This document shows, one piece after another, positions 45,701 through 54,241 of a stretch of DNA of 64,000 bases. The notes under the pieces were generated by a model, which was not told the DNA's origin, made no database searches, and was given only the letters and a program-made list of their open reading frames with translations. Within the stretch, counting starts at the first letter, position 1. Each line of letters opens with the position of its first letter. Location of the stretch: assembly GCA_017416325.1 (NCBI GenBank), contig JAFQCV010000006.1, forward strand, positions 72,844 to 136,843. Reading direction: 5' to 3'. The stretch comes from Oscillospiraceae bacterium (GTDB taxonomy: Bacteria > Bacillota > Clostridia > Oscillospirales > Oscillospiraceae). The position numbers were made by a program, and so were the translations under genes.

Positions 45701-48700
45701 TGGACACTTGGGCTGTCAATGACACGGGTAACCAAAGCAACTATATGAGCCTGGCATATGTGAGAAGCGAAAAGCTGACTTCCGTTACCGGCGCAGCCAC
45801 TGTTGTAGAGTTTGATATGTCAGTGGACAATATGCCGGATGGCTACACGGTATCAAGTGCTCCCCGCCGCGCTTTCCTTAATAACGGTATCGCTGTATCC
45901 GTCCGTGACGAGAGAGATACTACAGACGATAATGGTTTTCTCTTCGGTCTGGGCAAGAAAAACGGCCAGCTGTACCTGATCTACTGGTACTACGATACCG
46001 CAACACAGACCAATAAGTTTGCAGAAATTCCTGCAGGTGTCAGCGATAGGTGCTATGTCCGCGTGGAATATGTCTACGGCGAGGGTACTGCTGTAACAGC
46101 TAAGTACTATATCAACGGCATTTTAATCCTTGAACAGAGTAATTCCTATATCACCGGAGGCGCCTTTGGTACGACTGCCACCAACTTAATTCAATTCTAT
46201 GCTATGGTCCCCCAGAAATCCGCATCTGCCACCCATAAGGTGGTTGCGACCTTCCATAATGTCTCTGTGGGTCACACCCAGCCTACTTTGATAAGCGACC
46301 TGTCTGTGGAAGTTCCCAAGGTGGAAGCCTTGATCGATGCTATCGGGCTTCCTATAACGCTGGACAGCAAGGCTAAGGTTGACGCGGCCCTGAATGCCTA
46401 TAACAGCCTAAGCGATCTGGCTAAGACTCAGGTTTCCAACCTAAATGTTCTGGAGACTGCCCAGGCTCGGCTGCGGATGCTGCAGAACAGCTATATCCAT
46501 GCGGCATTCTCCAGTGAAGAGTTGCTTCTGGACGGAAAAATCTTTGAGACCGCCTACCGTATGAATGTTAAAATGACCGACACCCTGAAGTTCGGCGCAG
46601 TCTGGAGCAAGAAGTATCTGTATCTTGCCTTTGAGGATGAGAGTGCGCCTGCTGTCACTGACCTGGTCATCAACGGCAAGACGGTGAAGCTTACTTCCTC
46701 CAACAGCAAGGCTGGCGCTGTCGGCCGTGAGATTCGGATAGCCTTGTCGAGTTTGGGTATCGTAGGCTATGATAAGACTTATCCCATTTCCTTCCGCGTT
46801 GGCGACATCTACTGGAGCGGTACTTTGATTCAGGACAGCAACGATTATGAGCCTCTGACCCACGGCAGCCTGTACTACGCCGCTGCCGGCTCCAGCGATA
46901 AGAAGTCTCTTGTTCTGAACACTTTAACTCCTGATGCTGATGGCAATAAGAGCCGCAGCTTGGGTATGTTCACCAACGAGAAGCTTGCTGCTGTTTCCGG
47001 TAAGATCACCATTCTGGATTTAGATGTGGTCATCAACAACATGCCGGATAACTGCACAGTTGCCAAGGTTCCCAGTCGAAACTTTATTAATAACGGTGTG
47101 ACATTCACATACCGGGATAACCTGTCTCCTGCTGCTGATGGCAGCGCTGCGGCTACGGAAGGCATGCCATTTGGCCTGGGCAAGCAGAATGGCAAGCTGA
47201 TGCTGTATTATTGGTACAACGATGCCAACGGCAATGCGCAGCTGGGCTCTGCGGACGTTCCTGCGGCAAGCAGCTATCATCTGCGCGTGGAATACGGCAA
47301 TGGCAACGGTAAGGTGACCTCTGCCAAGTACTTTATCAATGGCCTCCTGCTGGCTGAGACTGCATCTTCCCGTATTACCGCAAGCTCCTTTGGTACAAAG
47401 GCTGAAAACATCCTGCAGATATTTGCCCAAGCTTCTGTGGAGACCGAGGCGGGCCGTGTTGACCTGCATGTCAGCAATGTTTCCGGTTCTCATCCTCAGC
47501 TGCTGGTCATTGACGATAAGTCTGCCGCAGCCAATATGGATAATGTCATCGATGCCATCGGCACCGTGACACTGGACAGCACGGAAAAGATCGTTGCTGC
47601 CCGTGAGCTCTACGACAGCCTGACCTCCGCCCAGAAGAAGCTGGTTACCAAGCTGGCCGTTCTGGAGGCTGCAGAAGCTAAGCTGCGGGCTCTGAAGGAT
47701 CAGATCAACGCACAGTATACTGCCTATGCCTTTGCGGAGTATACCACTCAGGACATGAATATTGATGGTGTACTGGAAGAAAAGATCTGGCGCACAAAGC
47801 AGACCATCTTTGGAGTTGGCAAGCTGGGTATGGCTTGGGACTTCAATTACCTGTATCTGACCGTTACCGGCAGCAAGGTGGGTACCTTCAAAAATCTGAA
47901 GATCAACGGTATGTCTGTTACCGATCTTGGTGTAGCCAAAGGAAACGTCCGGGAAATGAAGATCCTGCTGTCCAGCGTGGGTATCAAGGCTATTGATTTC
48001 ACCCATGGTTATGACCTGTCCTTCTCTCTGGACGGCAAGACCTGGGAGGGTCAGCTGATCTTCGATACCGGAACTTACGCGGCAATGAAGCCTTCCTCCG
48101 TTTCCTGGGGTGGCTCTAAGGACGGTTATAACGGTGTCCTTAAATCCTTGGATTCCACTAAGGATGGGAAGCGCGTATGTGTTATCTACAATAGCACGAA
48201 GCTGGATTCCATCAACGGTATGACCACCATTCTGGAGTTTGATCTGAAGGTCAATTCCATGCCCAATAACGGTTATGACAGCGGTGTCAACCGTAACTTC
48301 CTGAGGGGCGGTGTCAGTGTCTGTATTCGTGACGATGACCTTAATCTGGGCGAAAACGGTTATGGTACGGAGGGCTTCCTGCTGGGTCTGGTTCGACAGA
48401 AGGGCAATATGTACCTGGTCTACTGGGAGGACTCCACGGATGAGTATGTTTATGTGCTTGTGGATGACTTCGGCACCAATAACTATCACCTGCGTATTGA
48501 GTACGAATATCACACCAACGACGATGTTTCTGCCAAGTACTATGTCAACGGTTTGTTTGTAGCAGAATCTCATGATGCGAAGGAAATTGCAGAGGACGGC
48601 GCTTTCCTTACCAATGCTACAGACCGTATCCAGGTCATGGCTTACGGTACAGATGAAGGTGCGGTAGACGCAGTTATTTCCGACCTCTCTATTTCCAAAA

Positions 48701-51700
48701 ACCGTTTTATGGATAACCCCGATCCCCGGGATGATATCACCAAGGATGCTATCTTTGGCGTACTGGATCTGAACCATGTTCAGAAGGACCTGACTTTGCC
48801 TAAGGAGTTTGTAACCGTCAACGGCGAGCGCTTTGCGCTAAGCTGGAAAACCAGCAATTCCTCTGTGGTTACCAAGGAAGGTAAGGTCACCCGTCCTCTG
48901 GAGGATCCTGCCTCTGCTACCTTGACTCTGGTGGTGGACGGTGAGGAGCTTTGGGCAGTTAATGTAAAGGTCGATCCTATGTCTCTGGAAGAAACGGAAT
49001 CTCCCGAAAATGTGGATGCAGCTTTCAGCAAGGCACCCATTGTCATCGACGGCATCCTGGACGATGAAGGCTGGAGAATGAGTGGCCGCGTCCTGGATCG
49101 GAATAAGCAGCTGTATGCGGAATACGGCTTCCAATGGACACAATCCTACCTGTATGTAGCGGTTGAGTATCTGGATGGGATCAATACCCTGTCTTTGAAG
49201 CTGAACGGCCGTTACTTCACGCTGAAGGACGGCAAGCTGTACCGTGGTGGCGAGAATGTGGGCGGAAGCGGCGCTCTGGCAGTTACCAACGGCAATGTTG
49301 TGGAAATGCGTATTCCGCTGTCCGTTCTGGGTCTGCCCAGCAAGATCAGCTCCTACGGTTATTCCATTCCAATGTCCTTGAAGGCAGGTCCTTATGTGGG
49401 CAACGGCAAGCTTCTGCGCCTGTCTAATATTGACTGGGTCGTTACTGTAAACCGGAACCAGGAAACTCCTGGAGAGGTGCTGAAATCCGTTGATGCCTAC
49501 CACGGCGCCCAGCGGCTGGCCAACGGCTACCGCCTGTTTGATCTGTACGGTGGCACCAACACGGCGAAAAACCGCAGCTATTTTAACATAACCGGAACTG
49601 ATGCACTCTACGAAAACTTCTCGGACCGGACCTACGACACCCGTGTGGAGTTTGACTTCTATGCAGAAGCCCTGCCTGTCCTGCCCACCGACGGTTCTGC
49701 CTACAGACCGCAAGGCGGCCTCTACTCCGTCTCCGGCTTGACCTTCACAGGCGGTGAGGCTCAGAATGCAGATGGCTATGGCGACACCTTCTCCTACGGT
49801 ATTATCAATACCGTTAACGGCTTGATGTTTGTTCTGAACATCGCCGGTGATATACAGACCCATTTGCTGAACAAGCAGGTTGGTGAGAAGTTCTCTGTGG
49901 CTGTGGAATGGAGAAGCGATGATTCCATGGATCTGTTCATTGACGGCGATTTCGTTAAGACGTTCTACGGTGCAGCAGCTTGGAAATCCGGCTCAGCCAA
50001 CGCCAGCTTAGCCGGAAATATGTATGTCTTCTTCGAACCGCAAAGTGTTGCGGATAACTATGATGTGTACGTTACCAACTTTGCGATGGGTACGGTCCAC
50101 CATGAAGAAAACCTTCTGACGCAGCTGGACTTTGAGGACATACGCGGCAAGAACAAGCTGGAGGATAAAATTACTACAGATTTGGTTCTGCCCACCTCTA
50201 TCACCAACGGTCAGCTGGACAAGGAATACAAGATCACCTGGACCTCCAGCCATTCTGCGGTGAACGCGGCAACCGGCAAGGTCACCAGACCTGAGATCGG
50301 CGCTTCGATCGTTACTTTGACTGCCACATTGTCCAACGGTGAAACTAAGAGCTTTGAACTGGTAGTCTACGGCTCCAAGGCACAAAACGACGGCGTGCTG
50401 CATGTGCTGGAGGATCTGGATCCTGCCAGCGGCGTTGGCAGCTCCAGCAAGGATATCGTCTTCACCTTCGATGACACCAACAATAGTATCATCAAGGTCC
50501 TGGACGGCGAGACTACCATCAACTACGTGGTGCTGAAGGATGGCGACGATAAAGCGCGTCTGCTGCCTGAAAACCTGACTCTGTGGGTCAGTGATGATAA
50601 CAAGGTTTACACCCGTGTCAAGGACTTCAAGCTGCTGCAGGTTGGGGAAAAGTGGTATCTGTATGACTTTGAAGCTGAATGTAAGTATGTCAAGGTCCAT
50701 TATACCCAGCCGGATGGCGAGGATGCTTCTTTCATTGGCACCTACGGCGAAATGATCGACGCAGGCTACCAGAAGGTCTTCGGCGCAACCGATGATGTAA
50801 CCTTTACCCAGTCCTCCTATGTCCTGACCAATAATACCGGGAAGACCCAACAGGACTATGCCTGGACCGTTTCCAAGAAGGATCTGGGCATCACCGGTAC
50901 GGATGCTTCCATCCGCATCTATCTGGACGGCAAGCTGCAGTACCACTATGTCAGCGGCAGCGATGTAGTTGTTCGGATCAATGATCTGGAAAAGGGTGCT
51001 TCTGTGACCCTAACAGTTCTGAGCAGCACCGGCAAAAATGTTATGGATATCTCCAACAAGGAGGGTGTCCATGAAGTGATTTACGGCGTCCGGGAAACCA
51101 CCCTTAGCACGACGAAGTATTTCTACATGACTTTGCCCGCGGGCACCACCTTCCCCGACGGCTCCAGGCTGGAGAAGGAGACCTTGTACTCTCTGAGCGG
51201 CAGCGGCTGCCGTACATCCACCGACGGCGGCATTACCTGGGAAACCTACGCAGTGAAAAACAACGCCCCTGAAGGCAAGCAGCCAGTGAAAGGTTACAGT
51301 CAGGGCGGTTGGATCTTCGACTCGGTCACCGGCCGGATAACATACGAATTCTATGTGAGCGCGAAGGATGTGGAGGTTGCCTCTGATGACAAGCATTATC
51401 ATATCTCGTTTGCGTGCTCCGATGACGGCGGTAAGACCTGGTACCTGCAGTATACAATGCCCTGCCATCTCTGCACGGAAGGTCTGATAGGCGACTACAA
51501 CGTGCCATCCTATGCATTGACCTATGCTGACGCCATCCAGCTGTCCAGCTATGACGGCAAGGGCCCCAATGTGGACTTCGTATTCCCTGTGGGCCATGTA
51601 TGGGCTTATAACGACTCCTATCAATGCTCTGCTATCTACAGCACGGACGGAGGAGATACCTGGCATTACAGTAAGACTCCTATAACCTATCCCTCCACTT

Positions 51701-53892
51701 ACATTGGCGCAGAGGGTGGCACTTCCGAGGGCTGGATCATCGAGCGCTCTGATGGTGTTCTGGTTCTCCATGTCCGGTGTCAGGATAAATCTGCTATCCA
51801 CTTCAAGGTCAGCTACTCCTTTGACAAGGGTATCACCTGGACGAATGAGAATCTGTTTTCCGATTACTATGCAACCAACGGTCAGGCAACCCTTAAGTAC
51901 ATGGAGGTAAATGGCGAGACCACCATGATCTCCACATGGGGCGGCAACAGCTCTCTGGGTGGCGACTCTTACCACCGGAATCCCTTCGTCTTTGCCGCTT
52001 CTGTAAACGACGGTGAGACCTTCCGTAATATCCAGAATATTACGTTCCGGTCCTTCGAAGAGCAATACGATGAAGCCTATATAACCGAAACGACCAATGT
52101 GTCTCTGGCTAAGTATGGCAATAATCTGGTATTCAACTACTCCAGAAATAGACCAGGTGACAAAGCAAAGACCGTGATCGAAGACTTTGACGACTGGTTC
52201 ACCCGTACCAAGGGCGGTTATGACAACTTCGAACACGGCACCGTCCGGTACGAAGGCTGGCAGAAGGTCTACGGAACAAACAATCTGGCATCTGACATTG
52301 CTCAGGGTAAGTACTCTATGCAGGTGGGCCTGGATTCCAGAGTCATCCGCAGCGTTCCCTACCTGCAGGATGGCAAGATCTCTGTGGATATCTATGTACC
52401 TGCCGGCAGTGGCTTCACCTTCGAGCTGCAGAGCGGTCATACCAGAACCTACAACAGTCTTTCCGTACCCATCGCATTCCGGGCTGAAGGCGGCAAGATC
52501 TACTTCGGCGATTCCAATGTCGCTTCGGCTGAGGGCATCCAGGAAGGCTGGAACACCCTGGTCTTCGATCTGAATATGACGAAGGACAAAGCGACCCTAT
52601 CCATCAACGGTGGCGAAGCCATTAACATTCCTTTAAAGATGGACTTCGATGACTACGTCAACTTTATTGCTATCGGTACCGACAAGGTCTCCACAATCTA
52701 TGTGGACGAGGTTCTGATCATCAGCAATCTGCAGGCCGATGTGGCTGTGGATGCGGCTGACAAGCAGGCTGCTGCTGAGGTCGTGGAGCTGATCAAGGCA
52801 ATCAAGACCGCAAGCAACCGGGATGCCGCCATCAAGAAGGCAAGAGCAGCCTTCGATAAGCTGACCCAGGCACAGCAGGATCTGATCGACGCGAGAGTCC
52901 TGGCAAATAACGGCAAGTCCGGTCTGGCAGGCATGATCAACTACTACGAGGAACTCCGTTTGTATGAAGACGGCGACTTGATCGTAGAGCAGATGATCGA
53001 TGAGATCGGCGAGGTTACTTATGTCAATGGCGATAAGATCAAGGCTGCTGAGGATGCTTACAAGAAGCTGACCAGCGCCCAGAAGGCAAAGGTAAGCAAC
53101 TATGGCGTCCTGCGTGTGGCAAGACTGAAGTACAACAGAATCATTGCTCACAAGACAGTCTCTGATCAGGACGCAGCAGAAGCGGTGCAGGAGATGATCG
53201 ATGCTTTGATCCTGTCCAACCCCCTGCGCTATGAAGAAAAGATCACGGCAGCCCGTAAGGCATACAAAGCCTTGTCTGCTGATCAGCTGCCTTTAGTGGA
53301 TGCCAAACACCTGTACCAAGCTGAGATTAAGCTTGCTTCGGCGAAGAAGGTGGAGACTGCCAGAAGATTGGCAAGCATACAGCATCTGATCAACTCTTTG
53401 GATAACGTTACAATAGAACAGATCGCGCTGATCGAAGGATTGCGCGCGACTGTCAATGAGCTGTTAGCTGAGGATAGAGCGGTACTCAACGACCAGAAGT
53501 TGGTCCAAGCTGAACAGATTATCCGCAGCTTGAAGGCTGGCGTTGACAAGAAGACTGTGGATGAATTCAGAATTGCTGGCGTCATCTCTTACATTGACTC
53601 CATCGGTCAGGTCACCATGGAGAAGAAGGCGTTGATCGATGCCATCCGCGCATCCTACGACAAGCTGACGCCCAAGCAGCAGGAGCGTGTCGAGAACATC
53701 GATACGCTGGTGATCGCGGAAGCGACTGTTCTGGCTCAGCTGCAGCTGACCGACGCGGTTCCCAACACCGGCGATACCACGCCTGGTGGTATTACCTACG
53801 AGGCTGCTGTGTTCGTGATGCCTGTCATGCTGCTTAGCGCACTAGCTATGGCTGTCCTGGTGATCTTCCCAAAGAAACGCAAACGCAGATAA
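42778..53892 (+). CDS. giant (~3,700 aa) secreted, sortase-anchored multimodular protein with an Asp-box (BNR/sialidase-like) propeller
   Basis: Signal peptide; six ~400-aa repeats starting with a DGxxDE/W motif; two Ig-like modules (W.SS...GKVTRP); five Asp-boxes; helical repeats; VPNTG + TM + KKRKRR. ATG 42778 after GAGGTG. Confidence 0.85.
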   Translation: MKRFQRVNAFILALALFMSMIPAGVLELKTVAAEPDPDLGKTFLHAAYAATEVVVDGELDTIYRLDVPVGTLRIGAAWDLTNLYLAVNSDNTANVTIMVNGETVTGGVAAGNSCTEYKISLTVAKINDLTGSNTLTVQVGDATPVELQLVLSVNQYAQAVYMEPANGATPGGQTSAAGSITKGTAMILNANSASQGSLAKNQTAAEASTETTTVFEFDVSDLTLPNTSTVTNIGDNGWSIGRYFCSGGLSVTFRDDLDSGTSAFLLSLSNKNGSPVLTYFDNGSANGWVEAALTAADKYHVRVELSYTDDAAPIGTLDMNDTVSAKYFVNGECVAEGNSVRQSGGSKGTSLKNVAQFFTAKKTGLQVTVSDVSVTKIDPTAYNDLVKVKEVMDLIDGIGDTVTLSSKDTINAASEAYDALSSAVKPLVANVQKLEDAKAELNALENSYLLAMFSATEMTLDGKADEAIYTRAVWLSDTLRASLAWDTKNLYLAFTDTNTPNVSNLVINNKAVTVTGDNSKTTTGVRELRIPLNTVDITDLTKIYPISFQIGGLTWAGKVVFDTTAFETISIKDANNGAIKEQDDKVVVIKDLTARSTINAGANLDVWNASTAAATVLEFDLDINSLPETSTQDYSSRYVGTGLNVLVMDDLVTKGQDGNVNQAFKFGFFKQGGVIQLGHAADGEHRFVVVDDNDNGKFHVRVEYSYAEDAEKTVTAKYFVNDVLVATGENVRVNTVGLGTTGGKKVSLRVDSANMDAVLSNLSISKTNPTLVQDLTVRVEELERMIEAIGPVTMDRADYIGEVLDRFNQLSAVAQKLVKNVNVLQDAVTQLNQLENSYLHAVFVPVSVVVDGKADEPVFRRNLILGATEFGAAWDAKYLYLCFAGTTTPNVTELKINGKTVNTAGVTGTGVREIQVALKDLGITSLTVPYAISFKIGVQTWSGKLVLDNVDFGSVPHDNLYYAATGTQDKLSFTLDTWAVNDTGNQSNYMSLAYVRSEKLTSVTGAATVVEFDMSVDNMPDGYTVSSAPRRAFLNNGIAVSVRDERDTTDDNGFLFGLGKKNGQLYLIYWYYDTATQTNKFAEIPAGVSDRCYVRVEYVYGEGTAVTAKYYINGILILEQSNSYITGGAFGTTATNLIQFYAMVPQKSASATHKVVATFHNVSVGHTQPTLISDLSVEVPKVEALIDAIGLPITLDSKAKVDAALNAYNSLSDLAKTQVSNLNVLETAQARLRMLQNSYIHAAFSSEELLLDGKIFETAYRMNVKMTDTLKFGAVWSKKYLYLAFEDESAPAVTDLVINGKTVKLTSSNSKAGAVGREIRIALSSLGIVGYDKTYPISFRVGDIYWSGTLIQDSNDYEPLTHGSLYYAAAGSSDKKSLVLNTLTPDADGNKSRSLGMFTNEKLAAVSGKITILDLDVVINNMPDNCTVAKVPSRNFINNGVTFTYRDNLSPAADGSAAATEGMPFGLGKQNGKLMLYYWYNDANGNAQLGSADVPAASSYHLRVEYGNGNGKVTSAKYFINGLLLAETASSRITASSFGTKAENILQIFAQASVETEAGRVDLHVSNVSGSHPQLLVIDDKSAAANMDNVIDAIGTVTLDSTEKIVAARELYDSLTSAQKKLVTKLAVLEAAEAKLRALKDQINAQYTAYAFAEYTTQDMNIDGVLEEKIWRTKQTIFGVGKLGMAWDFNYLYLTVTGSKVGTFKNLKINGMSVTDLGVAKGNVREMKILLSSVGIKAIDFTHGYDLSFSLDGKTWEGQLIFDTGTYAAMKPSSVSWGGSKDGYNGVLKSLDSTKDGKRVCVIYNSTKLDSINGMTTILEFDLKVNSMPNNGYDSGVNRNFLRGGVSVCIRDDDLNLGENGYGTEGFLLGLVRQKGNMYLVYWEDSTDEYVYVLVDDFGTNNYHLRIEYEYHTNDDVSAKYYVNGLFVAESHDAKEIAEDGAFLTNATDRIQVMAYGTDEGAVDAVISDLSISKNRFMDNPDPRDDITKDAIFGVLDLNHVQKDLTLPKEFVTVNGERFALSWKTSNSSVVTKEGKVTRPLEDPASATLTLVVDGEELWAVNVKVDPMSLEETESPENVDAAFSKAPIVIDGILDDEGWRMSGRVLDRNKQLYAEYGFQWTQSYLYVAVEYLDGINTLSLKLNGRYFTLKDGKLYRGGENVGGSGALAVTNGNVVEMRIPLSVLGLPSKISSYGYSIPMSLKAGPYVGNGKLLRLSNIDWVVTVNRNQETPGEVLKSVDAYHGAQRLANGYRLFDLYGGTNTAKNRSYFNITGTDALYENFSDRTYDTRVEFDFYAEALPVLPTDGSAYRPQGGLYSVSGLTFTGGEAQNADGYGDTFSYGIINTVNGLMFVLNIAGDIQTHLLNKQVGEKFSVAVEWRSDDSMDLFIDGDFVKTFYGAAAWKSGSANASLAGNMYVFFEPQSVADNYDVYVTNFAMGTVHHEENLLTQLDFEDIRGKNKLEDKITTDLVLPTSITNGQLDKEYKITWTSSHSAVNAATGKVTRPEIGASIVTLTATLSNGETKSFELVVYGSKAQNDGVLHVLEDLDPASGVGSSSKDIVFTFDDTNNSIIKVLDGETTINYVVLKDGDDKARLLPENLTLWVSDDNKVYTRVKDFKLLQVGEKWYLYDFEAECKYVKVHYTQPDGEDASFIGTYGEMIDAGYQKVFGATDDVTFTQSSYVLTNNTGKTQQDYAWTVSKKDLGITGTDASIRIYLDGKLQYHYVSGSDVVVRINDLEKGASVTLTVLSSTGKNVMDISNKEGVHEVIYGVRETTLSTTKYFYMTLPAGTTFPDGSRLEKETLYSLSGSGCRTSTDGGITWETYAVKNNAPEGKQPVKGYSQGGWIFDSVTGRITYEFYVSAKDVEVASDDKHYHISFACSDDGGKTWYLQYTMPCHLCTEGLIGDYNVPSYALTYADAIQLSSYDGKGPNVDFVFPVGHVWAYNDSYQCSAIYSTDGGDTWHYSKTPITYPSTYIGAEGGTSEGWIIERSDGVLVLHVRCQDKSAIHFKVSYSFDKGITWTNENLFSDYYATNGQATLKYMEVNGETTMISTWGGNSSLGGDSYHRNPFVFAASVNDGETFRNIQNITFRSFEEQYDEAYITETTNVSLAKYGNNLVFNYSRNRPGDKAKTVIEDFDDWFTRTKGGYDNFEHGTVRYEGWQKVYGTNNLASDIAQGKYSMQVGLDSRVIRSVPYLQDGKISVDIYVPAGSGFTFELQSGHTRTYNSLSVPIAFRAEGGKIYFGDSNVASAEGIQEGWNTLVFDLNMTKDKATLSINGGEAINIPLKMDFDDYVNFIAIGTDKVSTIYVDEVLIISNLQADVAVDAADKQAAAEVVELIKAIKTASNRDAAIKKARAAFDKLTQAQQDLIDARVLANNGKSGLAGMINYYEELRLYEDGDLIVEQMIDEIGEVTYVNGDKIKAAEDAYKKLTSAQKAKVSNYGVLRVARLKYNRIIAHKTVSDQDAAEAVQEMIDALILSNPLRYEEKITAARKAYKALSADQLPLVDAKHLYQAEIKLASAKKVETARRLASIQHLINSLDNVTIEQIALIEGLRATVNELLAEDRAVLNDQKLVQAEQIIRSLKAGVDKKTVDEFRIAGVISYIDSIGQVTMEKKALIDAIRASYDKLTPKQQERVENIDTLVIAEATVLAQLQLTDAVPNTGDTTPGGITYEAAVFVMPVMLLSALAMAVLVIFPKKRKRR

Positions 53893-53915
53893 GCAAAAAA
53901 CACAATTACCCAAGC

Positions 53916-53949
53916 AAAGCCCGGTTCGGCAGCTGCCGAACCGGGCTTT
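53916..53949. terminator. 34-bp perfect palindrome, probable terminator of the giant gene
   Basis: aaagcccggttcggcagctgccgaaccgggcttt. Confidence 0.7.
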
Positions 53950-53966
53950 CTCCATACAACATAGCA

Positions 53967-54149
53967 TAAAAGAACCACACCTTTTGGTGTGGTTCTTTTA
54001 TGGCGGAGTGAGAGGAATTTGCTTTTCTGCGGAAAAGCCACGGCGGTTGCAATATGCCACTGGCATATTGCTAAGTGCCGCCTTTCAAATCCCTCTGACA
54101 CTAATACCTATGCCAATAAAAGCACCACCCATTGGGGTGGTGCTTTTAT
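53967..54149 (-). repeat. structured element downstream of tRNA-Ser(GCT) carrying inverted and direct copies of the tRNA 3' end
   Basis: 21-bp direct repeat with one mismatch (54001-54021 vs 54150-54170); 13-bp inverted copy at 54084-54096; palindrome gcaatatgcc-act-ggcatattgc at 54049-54071; two terminator-like hairpins. Confidence 0.8.
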
Positions 54150-54241
54150 TGGCGGAGTGAGAGGGATTTGAACCCTCGCGCGCTGTTTAGACGCCTACTC
54201 CCTTAGCAGGGGAGCCCCTTCGGCCTCTTGGGTATCACTCC
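54150..54241 (-). tRNA. tRNA-Ser (anticodon GCT)
   Basis: GGAGTGATACCCAAGAGGCCGAAGGGG, anticodon arm CTCCC-CTGCTAA-GGGAG, long variable arm, GGTTCAAATCC, encoded CCA. Confidence 0.97.

Noticed and set aside
47020-52440. Long antisense ORFs (585, 341, 312 and 476 aa) opposite the giant gene
   Set aside because: Best explained as shadow frames from the strong codon bias of the sense gene; no recognisable motifs.
53967-54170. CRISPR-like repeat-spacer arrangement
   Set aside because: Only two copies, both derived from the tRNA end; no regular spacers and no cas genes.
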